DNA of 63,773 nt, counting the filler, from Octopus bimaculoides (Eukaryota): assembly GCF_001194135.2 (NCBI RefSeq). It is 7 parts of 6 records of this genome, joined end to end, with 100 filler letters (N's around TTAATTAATTAA, not from the genome) between each part and the next. Parts side by side here need not be neighbours in the genome. Positions count along the whole stretch, not along the records: positions 1 to 11,149 come from NC_068986.1; positions 11,250 to 21,568 come from NC_068999.1; 5 more parts are not named here. The stretch is one strand, 5' to 3'. The position numbers and the translations under genes were made by a program. Position 1 is the stretch's first letter; each line of letters begins with the position of its first letter. Below are positions 1 to 12,221 of the stretch, in pieces. The notes beneath the pieces are model-generated. The model searched no databases, was not told the origin of the DNA, and saw nothing but the letters and a program-made list of their open reading frames with translations.

Positions 1-1341
1 TATATATATAATATATATATAATATATATATATTATATAAACGTGAATTTATATGTGCTTCAGTGTTTATGCTTTCATGTTTATCGGTTTATGCGTGCGT
101 GTGCGTGTGCTAATGTGTGTGTGTGAGTGTGTGTGTGTATGCATTGGTGTGAAAACAACTGAAACCAAAATGTATAGAATTCAAAAAAAAAAAAGAATCC
201 AGACTAAAATAAGCAGAACTGATATCAGTCATAACTGCAAAAGCATTCGTAAAAAAAAAAAAAAACATTGACATAAAACTAAATTAATCAACGAGAATCT
301 TTGATCCCTGTGAAAGCTGAGAAAAACGAAGTATTTTAACCCGTAGCATTAGGTGACAAAACTACAACATTACTTGAAAATAAGGCATTTCGGGGTTATG
401 GAATCAAATATGAGATGTGATTATATTTTATGTTATTTTTTAGGTCCTTAATGAATAATCAGAGAAACAAATTAAAATGTTCGATCTAAATTTCTTTCCA
501 TTTGATTAAACAACATCTAAAAGGCTGTAATTATTTTTCGTGAGGAAATAACGGAGCGATAGAAGAGAGAGAAACGGGTGTGAGTATAAGGAAAGGATAT
601 TACACTGATTGAAAGCTGAAACTTGTGCGGGTGTGTGTGAATTAACAGGGTCTTTTGATACTCTTTATGAATTGCTTGGTGAGGTAACTATAACCTTCCG
701 ACTGAAACAAATATAAAAATTGTAAGATAGTAATTAATATGAAACGAAGTCATGACACAAACAGAAAACTGCTGAAAATAATTTCAGTGTTTAAGACAAA
801 GTACAAGGAACTGAACTAAAAAAGATCTCGTTTTCCATTCCAGTGTTTCAGTCTACTGTAAAACACAACCGTAAGGATGAGAGGGTTGTGGTGATATTCA
901 TGCATTTTAGAATTGGTATTTATTTTCTACTCTAGGTACAAGACCCAAAATTTTTGGAGGCGGGGATCAGTCGATTAGATCAATCCCAGTAGGCGACTGG
1001 TACTTAATTTATCGACTCGGAAAGAATGAAAGGCAAGGCGTAAATCGACGAGTTTTTAGCAAAGAACAAAACCACTTTTTCGTAGTTGCCTGTTCCTCGA
1101 CAAAACATCTCACTCCTTATGAAGCGTAATTTTAGAAAAAAACCCATATTTTCATCTGTGAATTATGATGGAGATATGGCATAATATTGTCCTAGATATA
1201 CATTGTCGGCGGAAAATACATTTTATTGAACTTTATCTTTGAAACGGGTTGACACTTGATGGTGGCATTGTGAAACGAAAAGAAACTGCAATAAACTAGG
1301 ATTTACAATTTCGTTCCTTTTCTCATGTAACCATTCGAATA

Positions 1342-1394
<53 letters not shown>

Positions 1395-1465
1395 TCTCAT
1401 CTTGGTTTAATGGAATCTGCACAACAAAAGAAAGAAAGAGACGATATTATGTAAATAGAGGAATT

Positions 1466-1559
1466 TATCTGTAAAAAACCGTGACAATTATTCGGTATCC
1501 ATGATAAACTCCAAGCTTTATCATGGCTACCGAATAATTGTCACCTGTTTTTACAGATA
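1466..1559. mobile_element. Small hairpin / MITE-like element (43-bp arms, 8-nt loop)
   Basis: TATCTGTAAAAAACCGTGACAATTATTCGGTATCCATGATAAA pairs with TTTATCATGGCTACCGAATAATTGTCACCTGTTTTTACAGATA at 39/43 positions; TA at both ends. Confidence 0.7.
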
Positions 1560-1574
1560 TACATATACATATAT

Positions 1575-2709
1575 ATATAGTTTTAGGGAAAAGAACCAAG
1601 GTTCATGAACTCATCGATGAAAATCTACTGTCACAAATAGAAAAATTAATAAGTAAAAGCACAATAGATAAGTATAATATAATACAAAGTAAAAATCATA
1701 AGATAAGGATAATAAAACGACTACACGTGTTTCATAACCAATTTTCAAATAGAAAGAATATTTAAATNNNNNNNNNNNNNNNNNNNNNNNNNNNNNNNNN
1801 NNNNNNNNNNNNNNNNNNNNNNNNNNNNNNNNNNNNNNNNNNNNNNNNNNNNNNNNNNNNNNNNNNNNNNNNNNNNNNNNNNNNNNNNNNNNNNNNNNNN
1901 NNNNNNNNNNNNNNNNNNNNNNNNNNNNNNNNNNNNNNNNNNNNNNNNNNNNNNNNNNNNNNNNNNNNNNNNNNNNNNNNNNNNNNNNNNNNNNNNNNNN
2001 NNNNNNNNNNNNNNNNNNNNNNNNNNNNNNNNNNNNNNNNNNNNNNNNNNNNNNNNNNNNNNNNNNNNNNNNNNNNNNNNNNNNNNNNNNNNNNNNNNNN
2101 NNNNNNNNNNNNNNNNNNNNNNNNNNNNNNNNNNNNNNNNNNNNNNNNNNNNNNNNNNNNNNNNNNNNNNNNNNNNNNNNNNNNNNNNNNNNNNNNNNNN
2201 NNNNNNNNNNNNNNNNNNNNNNNNNNNNNNNNNNNNNNNNNNNNNNNNNNNNNNNNNNNNNNNNNNNNNNNNNNNNNNNNNNNNNNNNNNNNNNNNNNNN
2301 NNNNNNNNNNNNNNNNNNNNNNNNNNNNNNNNNNNNNNNNNNNNNNNNNNNNNNNNNNNNNNNNNNNNNNNNNNNNNNNNNNNNNNNNNNNNNNNNNNNN
2401 NNNNNNNNNNNNNNNNNNNNNNNNNNNNNNNNNNNNNNNNNNNNNNNNNNNNNNNNNNNNNNNNNNNNNNNNNNNNNNNNNNNNNNNNNNNNNNNNNNNN
2501 NNNNNNNNNNNNNNNNNNNNNNNNNNNNNNNNNNNNNNNNNNNNNNNNNNNNNNNNNNNNNNNNNNNNNNNNNNNNNNNNNNNNNNNNNNNNNNCTTTGT
2601 ATTATATTATACTTATTTATTGTGCTTTTACTTATTAATTTTTCTATATGTTACAGTGGATTTTCATCGATGAGTTCATGAACCTTAGTTCTTTTCCCTA
2701 AAACTATAT
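1575..2709. mobile_element. Long-TIR (foldback/MITE-like) DNA element spanning an assembly gap
   Basis: 1575-1689 is the reverse complement of 2595-2709 (about 110/115 by eye), with TA-rich flanks; the interior is mostly N. Confidence 0.75.
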
Positions 2710-2954
2710 GGTTTTATTTTATACCGTGAAACTTAATTTAATTTTGATTTTTAATATATTCAATTTAATTGAGTTTTTACCTGTAAATTTGGATTTTTAT
2801 CCCTAATATTAAATATATATATATATATATTCATGTGTATATTCATTTATATATAAGTGACGGATAGTGTAGCGTTGCTTATGTGTATGTGCATATATAT
2901 ATATATATATATATTCATCTATCGTCTGTTCAAAATCCTCACGTATTCATGGAT

Positions 2955-3380
2955 GTATTGTAATAGACAATGGGTTAAAATATCATGCAGCAATATGAAT
3001 GCATTATCATTGGTAAGTATCACTAAAAGCTCACTTCCAGCTGTAACTGTCATGTTACTGAAGCTTGCCCACTTCACTAGGCGTGTATTTCAGCCTCCGT
3101 AATCCATGAGACCTATGTCAGAGTAACACTTCAACCTAACGGAATAAAAGATTACATCAGTTTATGCGAAGACGATATCAAAAGACGTTATGCAAACCAC
3201 CTGTCACCCTCCGGTACGTCGATGGAAATAAAACCACTAAGTTGGCTGCCTGCGTCTTGGGTTTGAAGACCAATTGCACACCACCTACAATCCAGTGGAG
3301 AACCTGGGAGAAATCCACTCCTTATGTAAAAGGATCGAAGAAATACAGCTTATGCGTATCCAAAATATCAAACATTATGT
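2955..3380 (+). mobile_element. Penelope-like element remnant (GIY-YIG endonuclease region), frameshifted
   Basis: Joined frames give CNRQWVKISCSNM / SCNCHVTEACPLH*ACISASVIHETYVRV...KDYISLCEDDIKRRYANH / TTKLAACVLGLKTN...IQWRTWEKSTPYVKGSKKYSLC. This matches the PLE pattern CNC-x-CPL-x-C...YIG...FKxRYNNH...W...C.LC. Confidence 0.8.
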
Positions 3381-3382
3381 TC

Positions 3383-3435
<53 letters not shown>

Positions 3436-5698
3436 AATGTGTATCTCTGAATGTATTTATCTATTTTTTTTACTATATACTTATCAACATCCTTACGTAT
3501 CTATCCTTCAGTTTATTTTTACACCGATGTATCCATCTATCTCTTCACTCTTTATCTCTCCCCTCTCTTTGTCTATCTTCCTACCTATTTTCCAATATAT
3601 CTGATTGTCTGTGTAACAAGGCTGTAGTCCAACAATGATAAATACTAAGATAAAACCAAATACAGACAATCTTTCCCTCTATATTTATTGCCGAAACTGA
3701 GCCAAATTTCAGCCAACATCTAATCAGAGTTACGAATTAAAAGCTCCCTAGCGAGATTCTAACGAAGCCATTTTAAAGTATGTGCTTTTCAATTGCTTAT
3801 TCTCAATCCGTTATTATTATTTTCTCTCGACGAAATCACATCACATGGAATTTATCGTCCGAGTAACGTTTTTTTTCTTTCCTTCTCTCTTTTCCTATTC
3901 AAGTTCGACCACGTGTTTGCTTCCTGTGCTATGCTATTTATTGACCGGTCTTTCTAACTTATTTACTCTGTTCATATGATGCGTTGTTTTTGTCACTCTA
4001 AATGAACAGCGACTATTACGTCCGTCACTATTCCAACATATTCCCTATTATGATTACTATAAAAGACAAGTTAGCAGAATAGTTAGAGTCGTAAACATGA
4101 TTTAGAACGTTACATGCCAAGTACAAATAACGCAAAGGTCAACTTGGCATTTAATCATTTCGGAGGTTAATAAAATAAAGGGCCAGTAAATAGTTTCGTC
4201 GATGTTGGCAATGAAACAATTATGCGTAGGCGTAGCTGTGCGGTAAGAAATCTGCCTCTCAATTATTAGTTTGCGGGTTGAATCTCATTCTGTGACAGCC
4301 TGGGTAAGTGCCTTCTAATATAGCTCCATGCTATAATAGATAAAAGCCTGTCGAATGGATTTGGTAGCCGAAAACTGATACAAGCCCATCATATATTTCC
4401 CTCAGCGTTCACTATTTTCCCCCTCGTTCAGGTCTAACGAAACTCCATGTTTGTTTTCATTCGGTTTCCCTGAATGTCACCACTGTCCTGTTTCCGTTCT
4501 TAAGTTTGACCCTCCATAAATACAAAATTTTATTTTGGGATTTATGGGAGCAACTGTCTTCGAAGATTCATATTGTCGTTGTTTGCTCAAAATGTGGAGT
4601 AGACAGAGAACCGACAACTGATGAAGGGTCGTTCGTTATATTACTTGTCATTTTTTCTCTCTCTCACGTTATCTGCGTATTTAACTCCTTTGTTTTCGAA
4701 TTTCATGTTGTTTACTGTTGGTGACGTCCTGTACCCATATATGCATGCACGCACACACACACAAACACACATACACACACACAAACACNNNNNNNNNNNN
4801 NNNNNNNNNNNNNNNNNNNNNNNNNNNNNNNNNNNNNNNNNNNNNNNNNNNNNNNNNNNNNNNNNNNNNNNNNNNNNNNNNNNNNNNNNNNNNNNNNNNN
4901 NNNNNNNNNNNNNNNNNNNNNNNNNNNNNNNNNNNNNNNNNNNNNNNNNNNNNNNNNNNNNNNNNNNNNNNNNNNNNNNNNNNNNNNNNNNNNNNNNNNN
5001 NNNNNNNNNNNNNNNNNNNNNNNNNNNNNNNNNNNNNNNNNNNNNNNNNNNNNNNNNNNNNNNNNNNNNNNNNNNNNNNNNNNNNNNNNNNNNNNNNNNN
5101 NNNNNNNNNNNNNNNNNNNNNNNNNNNNNNNNNNNNNNNNNNNNNNNNNNNNNNNNNNNNNNNNNNNNNNNNNNNNNNNNNNNNNNNNNNNNNNNNNNNN
5201 NNNNNNNNNNNNNNNNNNNNNNNNNNNNNNNNNNNNNNNNNNNNNNNNNNNNNNNNNNNNNNNNNNNNNNNNNNNNNNNNNNNNNNNNNNNNNNNNNNNN
5301 NNNNNNNNNNNNNNNNNNNNNNNNNNNNNNNNNNNNNNNNNNNNNNNNNNNNNNNNNNNNNNNNNNNNNNNNNNNNNNNNNNNNNNNNNNNNNNNNNNNN
5401 NNNNNNNNNNNNNNNNNNNNNNNNNNNNNNNNNNNNNNNNNNNNNNNNNNNNNNNNNNNNNNNNNNNNNNNNNNNNNNNNNNNNNNNNNNNNNNNNNNNN
5501 NNNNNNNNNNNNNNNNNNNNNNNNNNNNNNNNNNNNNNNNNNNNNNNNNNNNNNNNNNNNNNNNNNNNNNNNNNNNNNNNNNTTTCCGTACACCTAGGGC
5601 AGAGAAACTCGTTGTATGCATTCCCAATTTACACACTCAAATTCACAGGTAAAACATGTATTTAAGAAAAAAAAAAAATTCATGAATGGATGTTATTT

Positions 5699-5892
5699 TC
5701 ACAGCGATAATGCTCTTCTTAGTACATGAGTCGTTCCAGTTAGCACATTTTTTGCACTTCCTGTAGAGATGGTAAGCCTGGTATCATTTTCAAATAGGTT
5801 TCAGTACCTTTTTTTTTTTTATCATTCCTAGAGATCCTACAATCACTGGTATGATAGTCGCCTTGAGGTGGCACATATTTTCAATTTCTATT
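5699..5892 (-). mobile_element. R4/Dong-type (restriction-like endonuclease) non-LTR retrotransposon 3' end
   Basis: Minus strand IEIENMCHLKATIIPVIVGSLGMIKK / GTETYLKMIPGLPSLQEVQK / LTGTTHVLRRALSL*, the typical C-terminus VIVGALG.IKKG...QK..LLGTAHILR..L. Confidence 0.75.
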
Positions 5893-5894
5893 AG

Positions 5895-6330
5895 CTGCGA
5901 GCTGGTGGAAGCGTTAGCACGCCGGGCGAGATGCGTGGCGGCATTTCTCCCGTTGCTACGTTCCGAGTTTAAGTTCCGCCGAGGTTGACTTTCCTTTTCA
6001 TCATTTCGGAGTCGACAAATTCAGTACCAGTTGAATACTGAGGTTGATGTAGTCGACTGAATTCCTCCCCATCAAATTTCAGCCCCTTTGCCTTTAGCAG
6101 AAACGATTATTGTTATTATTATTAAGACGGCGAGACGGCAGAATCGTTAGATTAATACAATTTCGACCGTCTCTATGCGTTCTGAGTCCAAATTCTGCTG
6201 AAGTCCACTTTGCTTTTCCTCCTTTCGGGGGTCTATGAATTAAGTACCAGTGTATCACTGGGGTCGATGTAATTGATTAGCCCCCCCCCCCACCACCACA
6301 TTTCAGGCCTTCTTCCGCTAGTCGACAGGT
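5895..6330 (+). mobile_element. Two tandem copies of SINE family C
   Basis: GGCGAGCTGGCAGAATCGTTAG head plus central TTGCCTTTCATCCTTTCGGGGTCGAT...AAGTACCAG motif; copies at 5895-6105 and 6125-6330. Confidence 0.8.
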
Positions 6331-6579
6331 TTATAATTATTATGGTCGAATTGTTAGAAAGACAATAAATAACGAATGGTATACATGTAGAAATAAGTGC
6401 ATTAGCATATATATTGGTACGGCAAGTGTACGTATGGCTGTGCATATGTGACGTGCGTATATATACGTACAACCATATATATATCTACGCACACACGCCT
6501 TTACATACATATACATATGTATGTATGTATATATGCATGTCTGTATCCTCTTCTCTCTTTCTCTCTCTCTCTATATATA

Positions 6580-6624
<45 letters not shown>

Positions 6625-7992
6625 NNNNNNNNNNNNNNNNNNNNNNNNNNNNNNNNNNNNNNNNNNNNNNNNNNNNNNNNNNNNNNNNNNNNNNNNNNNN
6701 NNNNNNNNNNNNNNNNNNNNNNNNNNNNNNNNNNNNNNNNNNNNNNNNNNNNNNNNNNNNNNNNNNNNNNNNNNNNNNNNNNNNNNNNNNNNNNNNNNNN
6801 NNNNNNNNNNNNNNNNNNNNNNNNNNNNNNNNNNNNNNNNNNNNNNNNNNNNNNNNNNNNNNNNNNNNNNNNNNNNNNNNNNNNNNNNNNNNNNNNNNNN
6901 NNNNNNNNNNNNNNNNNNNNNNNNNNNNNNNNNNNNNNNNNNNNNNNNNNNNNNNNNNNNNNNNNNNNNNNNNNNNNNNNNNNNNNNNNNNNNNNNNNNN
7001 NATATATATATATATATATATATATACGTAGATGGGGAGAGTGACGTGAGGGAGGCAGACAGAGAGACATAGAGACTGATAGAATAAAACCTAAATAGGT
7101 GGGAAGCTGTAATATAAAGAGAAATCTTTCCGTGCCTCTTATTTTGTATTATAGACTGTACAGCAATTTGTATTGTTAAAACGGAGTTGCTCTAACATTG
7201 TTCAAATGATGAATTCACTTCGTTAGTTTTACAGCCTCTAAGATATAATATATTCCGCTAATTAACGTGAAATTCATTGTATAAAACTATTTTTGGCAAT
7301 GCACATATATCATAACTAAATAAGGAAAGTCGATAAATAATGGAACGGATGAAAATAAAGAAATAACGAATTATGTTACTCGCTAAACAAAAGAAGAAAA
7401 GATTTTGTAAAATATACAGCGGTCTCAACGAATCTTTAATTTTCCTTAGTTTTTTTTTTTTTTACCTCACGGTAACTTTGTTGAAATATATGTGAATGCT
7501 TATACATACTAAACTATAAGTTATAGGTTGCTCATTATAGGTCATTCAAACTATACATATTTCCTGCTTCTAAATGTTCTCTGGACTTCACTAACCAGTT
7601 GATTTTCGTAGTTGCTTTGTGCTTCGCCCAGAATATCTAATTTTTCCCACCAATTGAAAAGTGCAAAGTATTGATATGGAAATTCCACTGATCGCATTTC
7701 CTGACAGGTGGAGGATTGGGCGATGAAAAAATAAGATAATTCTTGCTTGTAGAACCACCGTGTTCATGTATGGGCCTCTTATCTGCCAGATCGACCACCA
7801 GACATTGAAAGCGTAAGAACCAGCCTCTTTAATTTGCGATACATATTTCGATAAACAAATTCCAGGTTCCGTTTCAAGGTGTTTAAGTGGAACTTTTGCG
7901 CAGTTAATGCTTACATCGTTCCTACCTTTTCCCTTGGTGCCCGCTTTTTCTTTTCAACGCATTTACTATGATTATTAACATATTTTTATATG

Positions 7993-8158
7993 AGACGCTG
8001 GAGTGGCTGTGTGGTAAGAAGCTTGCTTCCCAAGCACAAGGTTCTGGGTTCAGTCTACTGCCTGACACCTTGCGCAAGTGTTTCCTACTATAGGCTGATG
8101 CCGACCAAAGCCTTGTGTGTGGCTTTGGTAGATGGAAACTGAAAGAAGCCCGTCGTAT
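7993..8158 (+). mobile_element. SINE family B, short form
   Basis: GGAGTGGCTGTGTGGTAAG...GGAAACTGAAAGAAGCCCGTCG followed by (TA)n. Other copies: 4221-4395 (+, decayed), 18651-18782 (-), 48560-48670 (-, truncated), 62592-62612 (3' end). Confidence 0.85.
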
Positions 8159-8912
8159 ATGTATATATATATANNNNNNNNNNNNNNNNNNNNNNNNNNN
8201 NNNNNNNNNNNNNNNNNNNNNNNNNNNNNNNNNNNNNNNNNNNNNNNNNNNNNNNNNNNNNNNNNNNNNNNNNNNNNNNNNNNNNNNNNNNNNNNNNNNN
8301 NNNNNNNNNNNNNNNNNNNNNNNNNNNNNNNNNNNNNNNNNNNNNNNNNNNNNNNNNNNNNNNNNNNNNNNNNNNNNNNNNNNNNNNNNNNNNNNNNNNN
8401 NNNNNNNNNNNNNNNNNNNNNNNNNNNNNNNNNNNNNNNNNNNNNNNNNNNNNNNNNNNNNNNNNNNNNNNNNNNNNNNNNNNNNNNNNNNNNNNNNNNN
8501 NNNNNNNNNNNNNNNNNNNNNNNNNNNNNNNNNNNNNNNNNNNNNNNNNNNNNNNNNNNNNNNNNNNNNNNNNNNNNNNNNNNNNNNNNNNNNNNNNNNN
8601 NNNNNNNNNNNNNNNNNNNNNNNNNNNNNNNNNNNNNNNNNNNNNNNNNNNNNNNNNNNNNNNNNNNNNNNNNNNNNNNNNNNNNNNNNNNNNNNNNNNN
8701 NNNNNNNNNNNNNNNNNNNNNNNNNNNNNNNNNNNNNNNNNNNNNNNNNNNNNNNNNNNNNNNNNNNNNNNNNNNNNNNNNNNNNNNNNNNNNNNNNNNN
8801 NNNNNNNNNNNNNNNNNNNNNNNNNNNNNNNNNNNNNNNNNNNNNNNNNNNNNNNNNNNNNNNNNNNNNNNNNNNNNNNNNNNNNNNNNNNNNNNNNNNN
8901 NNNNNNNNNNNN

Positions 8913-8979
<67 letters not shown>

Positions 8980-10488
8980 AGAGGGTGTTATATATAGAGA
9001 GAAAGCGGGAAATAAACAAATAAATAGATAGATAAATGGATAGATAGATATTTGATTGTGCGGACTCTTCACCAGTTGTCAAATATTTTTCAATTCAATT
9101 TCAGTAACAGAAAACAAGACAAGAACCAATAACAAATATAATACAATTTTACGTTAGTTTTGGAAATTTCTTTGCCTGATTAAAACACTATAAAACCAAG
9201 AAAAGGGATTGGAATAGAATAGTTATACGCACACATATGCAATACGGTGTGCGTGTGTATGAGTGTGTGTTCGTGTGAGTGTGTGTGTGTGTGTGTATAC
9301 GTATATATGTGAATGTATATGTGCGTATTTGTGTGTGGTGCGTAATAATCTTACAATCAACGATCAAATGAATGTTTGTCTTTGTATGTGTGTAGAACCT
9401 CACATTAAATACACACACTCGCACACAAACAGAGGTATATATATATATATATATATATATNNNNNNNNNNNNNNNNNNNNNNNNNNNNNNNNNNNNNNNN
9501 NNNNNNNNNNNNNNNNNNNNNNNNNNNNNNNNNNNNNNNNNNNNNNNNNNNNNNNNNNNNNNNNNNNNNNNNNNNNNNNNNNNNNNNNNNNNNNNNNNNN
9601 NNNNNNNNNNNNNNNNNNNNNNNNNNNNNNNNNNNNNNNNNNNNNNNNNNNNNNNNNNNNNNNNNNNNNNNNNNNNNNNNNNNNNNNNNNNNNNNNNNNN
9701 NNNNNNNNNNNNNNNNNNNNNNNNNNNNNNNNNNNNNNNNNNNNNNNNNNNNNNNNNNNNNNNNNNNNNNNNNNNNNNNNNNNNNNNNNNNNNNNNNNNN
9801 NNNNNNNNNNNNNNNNNNNNNNNNNNNNNNNNNNNNNNNNNNNNNNNNNNNNNNNNNNNNNNNNNNNNNNNNNNNNNNNNNNNNNNNNNNNNNNNNNNNN
9901 NNNNNNNNNNNNNNNNNNNNNNNNNNNNNNNNNNNNNNNNNNNNNNNNNNNNNNNNNNNNNNNNNNNNNNNNNNNNNNNNNNNNNNNNNNNNNNNNNNNN
10001 NNNNNNNNNNNNNNNNNNNNNNNNNNNNNNNNNNNNNNNNNNNNNNNNNNNNNNNNNNNNNNNNNNNNNNNNNNNNNNNNNNNNNNNNNNNNNNNNNNNN
10101 NNNNNNNNNNNNNNNNNNNNNNNNNNNNNNNNNNNNNNNNNNNNNNNNNNNNNNNNNNNNNNNNNNNNNNNNNNNNNNNNNNNNNNNNNNNNNNNNNNNN
10201 NNNNNNNNNNNNNNNNNNNNNNCAATAACGGACTCAAGATCTACTAGATTTTATTTGGTTGAAATTTCTCTCAAAATTTTAATATACTATTTGTGCATTT
10301 ATTTTTCTTTTCAAATAATTTGTTTTACTATGTCGCACAGATTTCCGACCCGCTAAACGAAGTATGTGTCTGCGCATAACAAGCAAGAACACTTGAAATA
10401 TTTAAAAATTTTTCTCTAGTACCATAAAACCGTCCCGCAGCTTGAGATAATATGTACTTTTGATAAATATATATATATATATATATAT

Positions 10489-10827
10489 GCTGAGACCCCT
10501 TTCGATCATCAATGACCATGGGATTGCACCAAGAAAGTAACCCTCCCAGACACAAGTCCGGGCAAGGTTGCTTATGGAAGACCAGCAGTTGCCGATGCAT
10601 ACCGGACTCCGCTCTCCATGCCACCAGTATTGTCCAAGGGAAAGACAAAAGCCGATAGAGCTTGGCACCTGTGACGTCGCAACTCATTTCTACAGGTGAG
10701 TGAACTGGAGGAACGTGAAATAAAGTGGCTTGCTCAAGAACACAACACACAGCCCGGTCCGGGATACGAACTCACAATCTCACGATCGTAAGATCAACGC
10801 TCTAACCAATGAGCCATGCGCCTTCAC
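10489..10827 (-). mobile_element. tRNA-derived SINE (head related to family A, different body)
   Basis: Minus strand GTGAAGGCGCATGGCTCATTGGTTAGAGCG...GAGTTCGTATCCCGGACCGGGC...TTCTTGAGCAAGCCACTTTA; A/B boxes plus a CORE-like segment. Confidence 0.75.
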
Positions 10828-10846
10828 TATATATATATATATATAT

Positions 10847-11149
10847 TGGGCCAAAAGAAACCAGAGACATACAGCCTAAAGGAAGCACCCAAAATCTCTC
10901 CAATCTGAACTTCCACAAAGCGGACTGGAAATCGATTCAGAAAGAGATCCTCAGAGAGGATTGGCCAAAATGTCTCTCCACACCAGACATTGACATGAAA
11001 CTAGAATGTTTCATGTCTATTGTGCAAGCCATAAGCCAGAAATATGTCCCAGAGCACAAGGCCAAAACAAATAGGAACAAGATTCCAAGGGAGAGGAAGA
11101 TCCTTATGAGACGACGGACAAAAGTTGCAAATCGACTCAACCAGCATCC
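10847..11149 (+). mobile_element. LINE ORF2 fragment (endonuclease-RT linker; CR1/L2-group-like)
   Basis: LNFHKADWKSIQKEILREDWPKCLSTPDIDMKLECFMSIVQAISQKYVP...IPRERKILMRRRTK; the NF.KADW motif is typical of the linker in APE-type LINEs. Truncated by a scaffold spacer. Confidence 0.7.
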
Positions 11150-11249
11150 NNNNNNNNNNNNNNNNNNNNNNNNNNNNNNNNNNNNNNNNNNNNTTAATTA
11201 ATTAANNNNNNNNNNNNNNNNNNNNNNNNNNNNNNNNNNNNNNNNNNNN
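11150..11249. other. Artificial 100-bp scaffold spacer (44 N + TTAATTAATTAA + 44 N)
   Basis: Identical geometry at 11150, 21569, 33454, 49869, 60704 and 62492; TTAATTAATTAA has stop codons in all six frames. Confidence 0.95.
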
Positions 11250-11254
11250 TATAT

Positions 11255-11294
<40 letters not shown>

Positions 11295-11658
11295 CATTGA
11301 CATTACAACGTTAGAAAATGCACACGCGTTATTTTTTTTTTTTCTTTTAACTTTCTCCTCATGCAACGTCTCTTGGCCAAGATCATTTCAATTCGGTTTC
11401 TGTAACAGTTCTTCTTTTTTTTCTTTTCTTTACTCTATTTTATTACATATTGTATTTTGCTTCGTTTTCAAATTGTGTATATTCCATAGTATTTTATTAT
11501 GTATTGTATTTTAATACATATTGTTTGACAATTCTTTTATTCCATGTTTCATTCTGAGTCGGATAACTCCTTTTCATTTCCCTGGAATGGAAGAAGAGAT
11601 CTTAACTTCTTCTTTCAAGTTTTTTTTCTATTGTATATGTACTGTTTATTTGCTTATT

Positions 11659-11683
<25 letters not shown>

Positions 11684-11692
<9 letters not shown>

Positions 11693-11693
11693 C

Positions 11694-11760
<67 letters not shown>
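11684..11760. repeat. (CAG)n-(TAG)n microsatellite
   Basis: Direct reading. Other long simple repeats: (TAT)n 17189-17243 and 17497-17549, (TC)n 17995-18075, (TAG)n 54620-54689, (GATA)n 59597-59637 and 60947-61110, plus many (TA)n/(TG)n/(TACA)n. Confidence 0.95.
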
Positions 11761-12185
11761 ATGGTTTCTAGGATTATTGTGTTGTTGTTTTACTTCAAAC
11801 AAATAGAAAATTTTTCATGTTTTGACTCATCAGGAATTAAATCCTGCAGTTATGGGGTGGGGGGAGAAGTTATGTGTGAGTGTGCGTTTGTATGTGTGTG
11901 TACGTGTGTGTGGGAGAGGGGTTTTCTGCGTGCTTGTGCATGTGTAGTGGTTGCGTGTGTATGTGTGTGTGGACGTGTGTTTGTGTATTAAAACGTACAT
12001 ATATTCCTATGTGTAAATATGAGCAAAATGTTTGCATTGGCCTACACATACGTATGTATACATACATACATACATACATACATACATACAATCATACAGA
12101 CAGACAGACAGAGAGAGATTTATACATACTCACACGCACGCGCACAGAAACTCGCAAGAGATACTGACAACACTCACACTCACAA

Positions 12186-12221
<36 letters not shown>

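Noticed and set aside
676-690. GAGGTAACTATAAC, also present at about 63104
   Set aside because: A 14-bp match without extended flanking similarity; insufficient to link it to the palindrome family or a homing-endonuclease site.
4617-4640. CTGATGAAGGG hammerhead core motif
   Set aside because: No helix II closure or GAAA follows, so a ribozyme fold cannot be supported.
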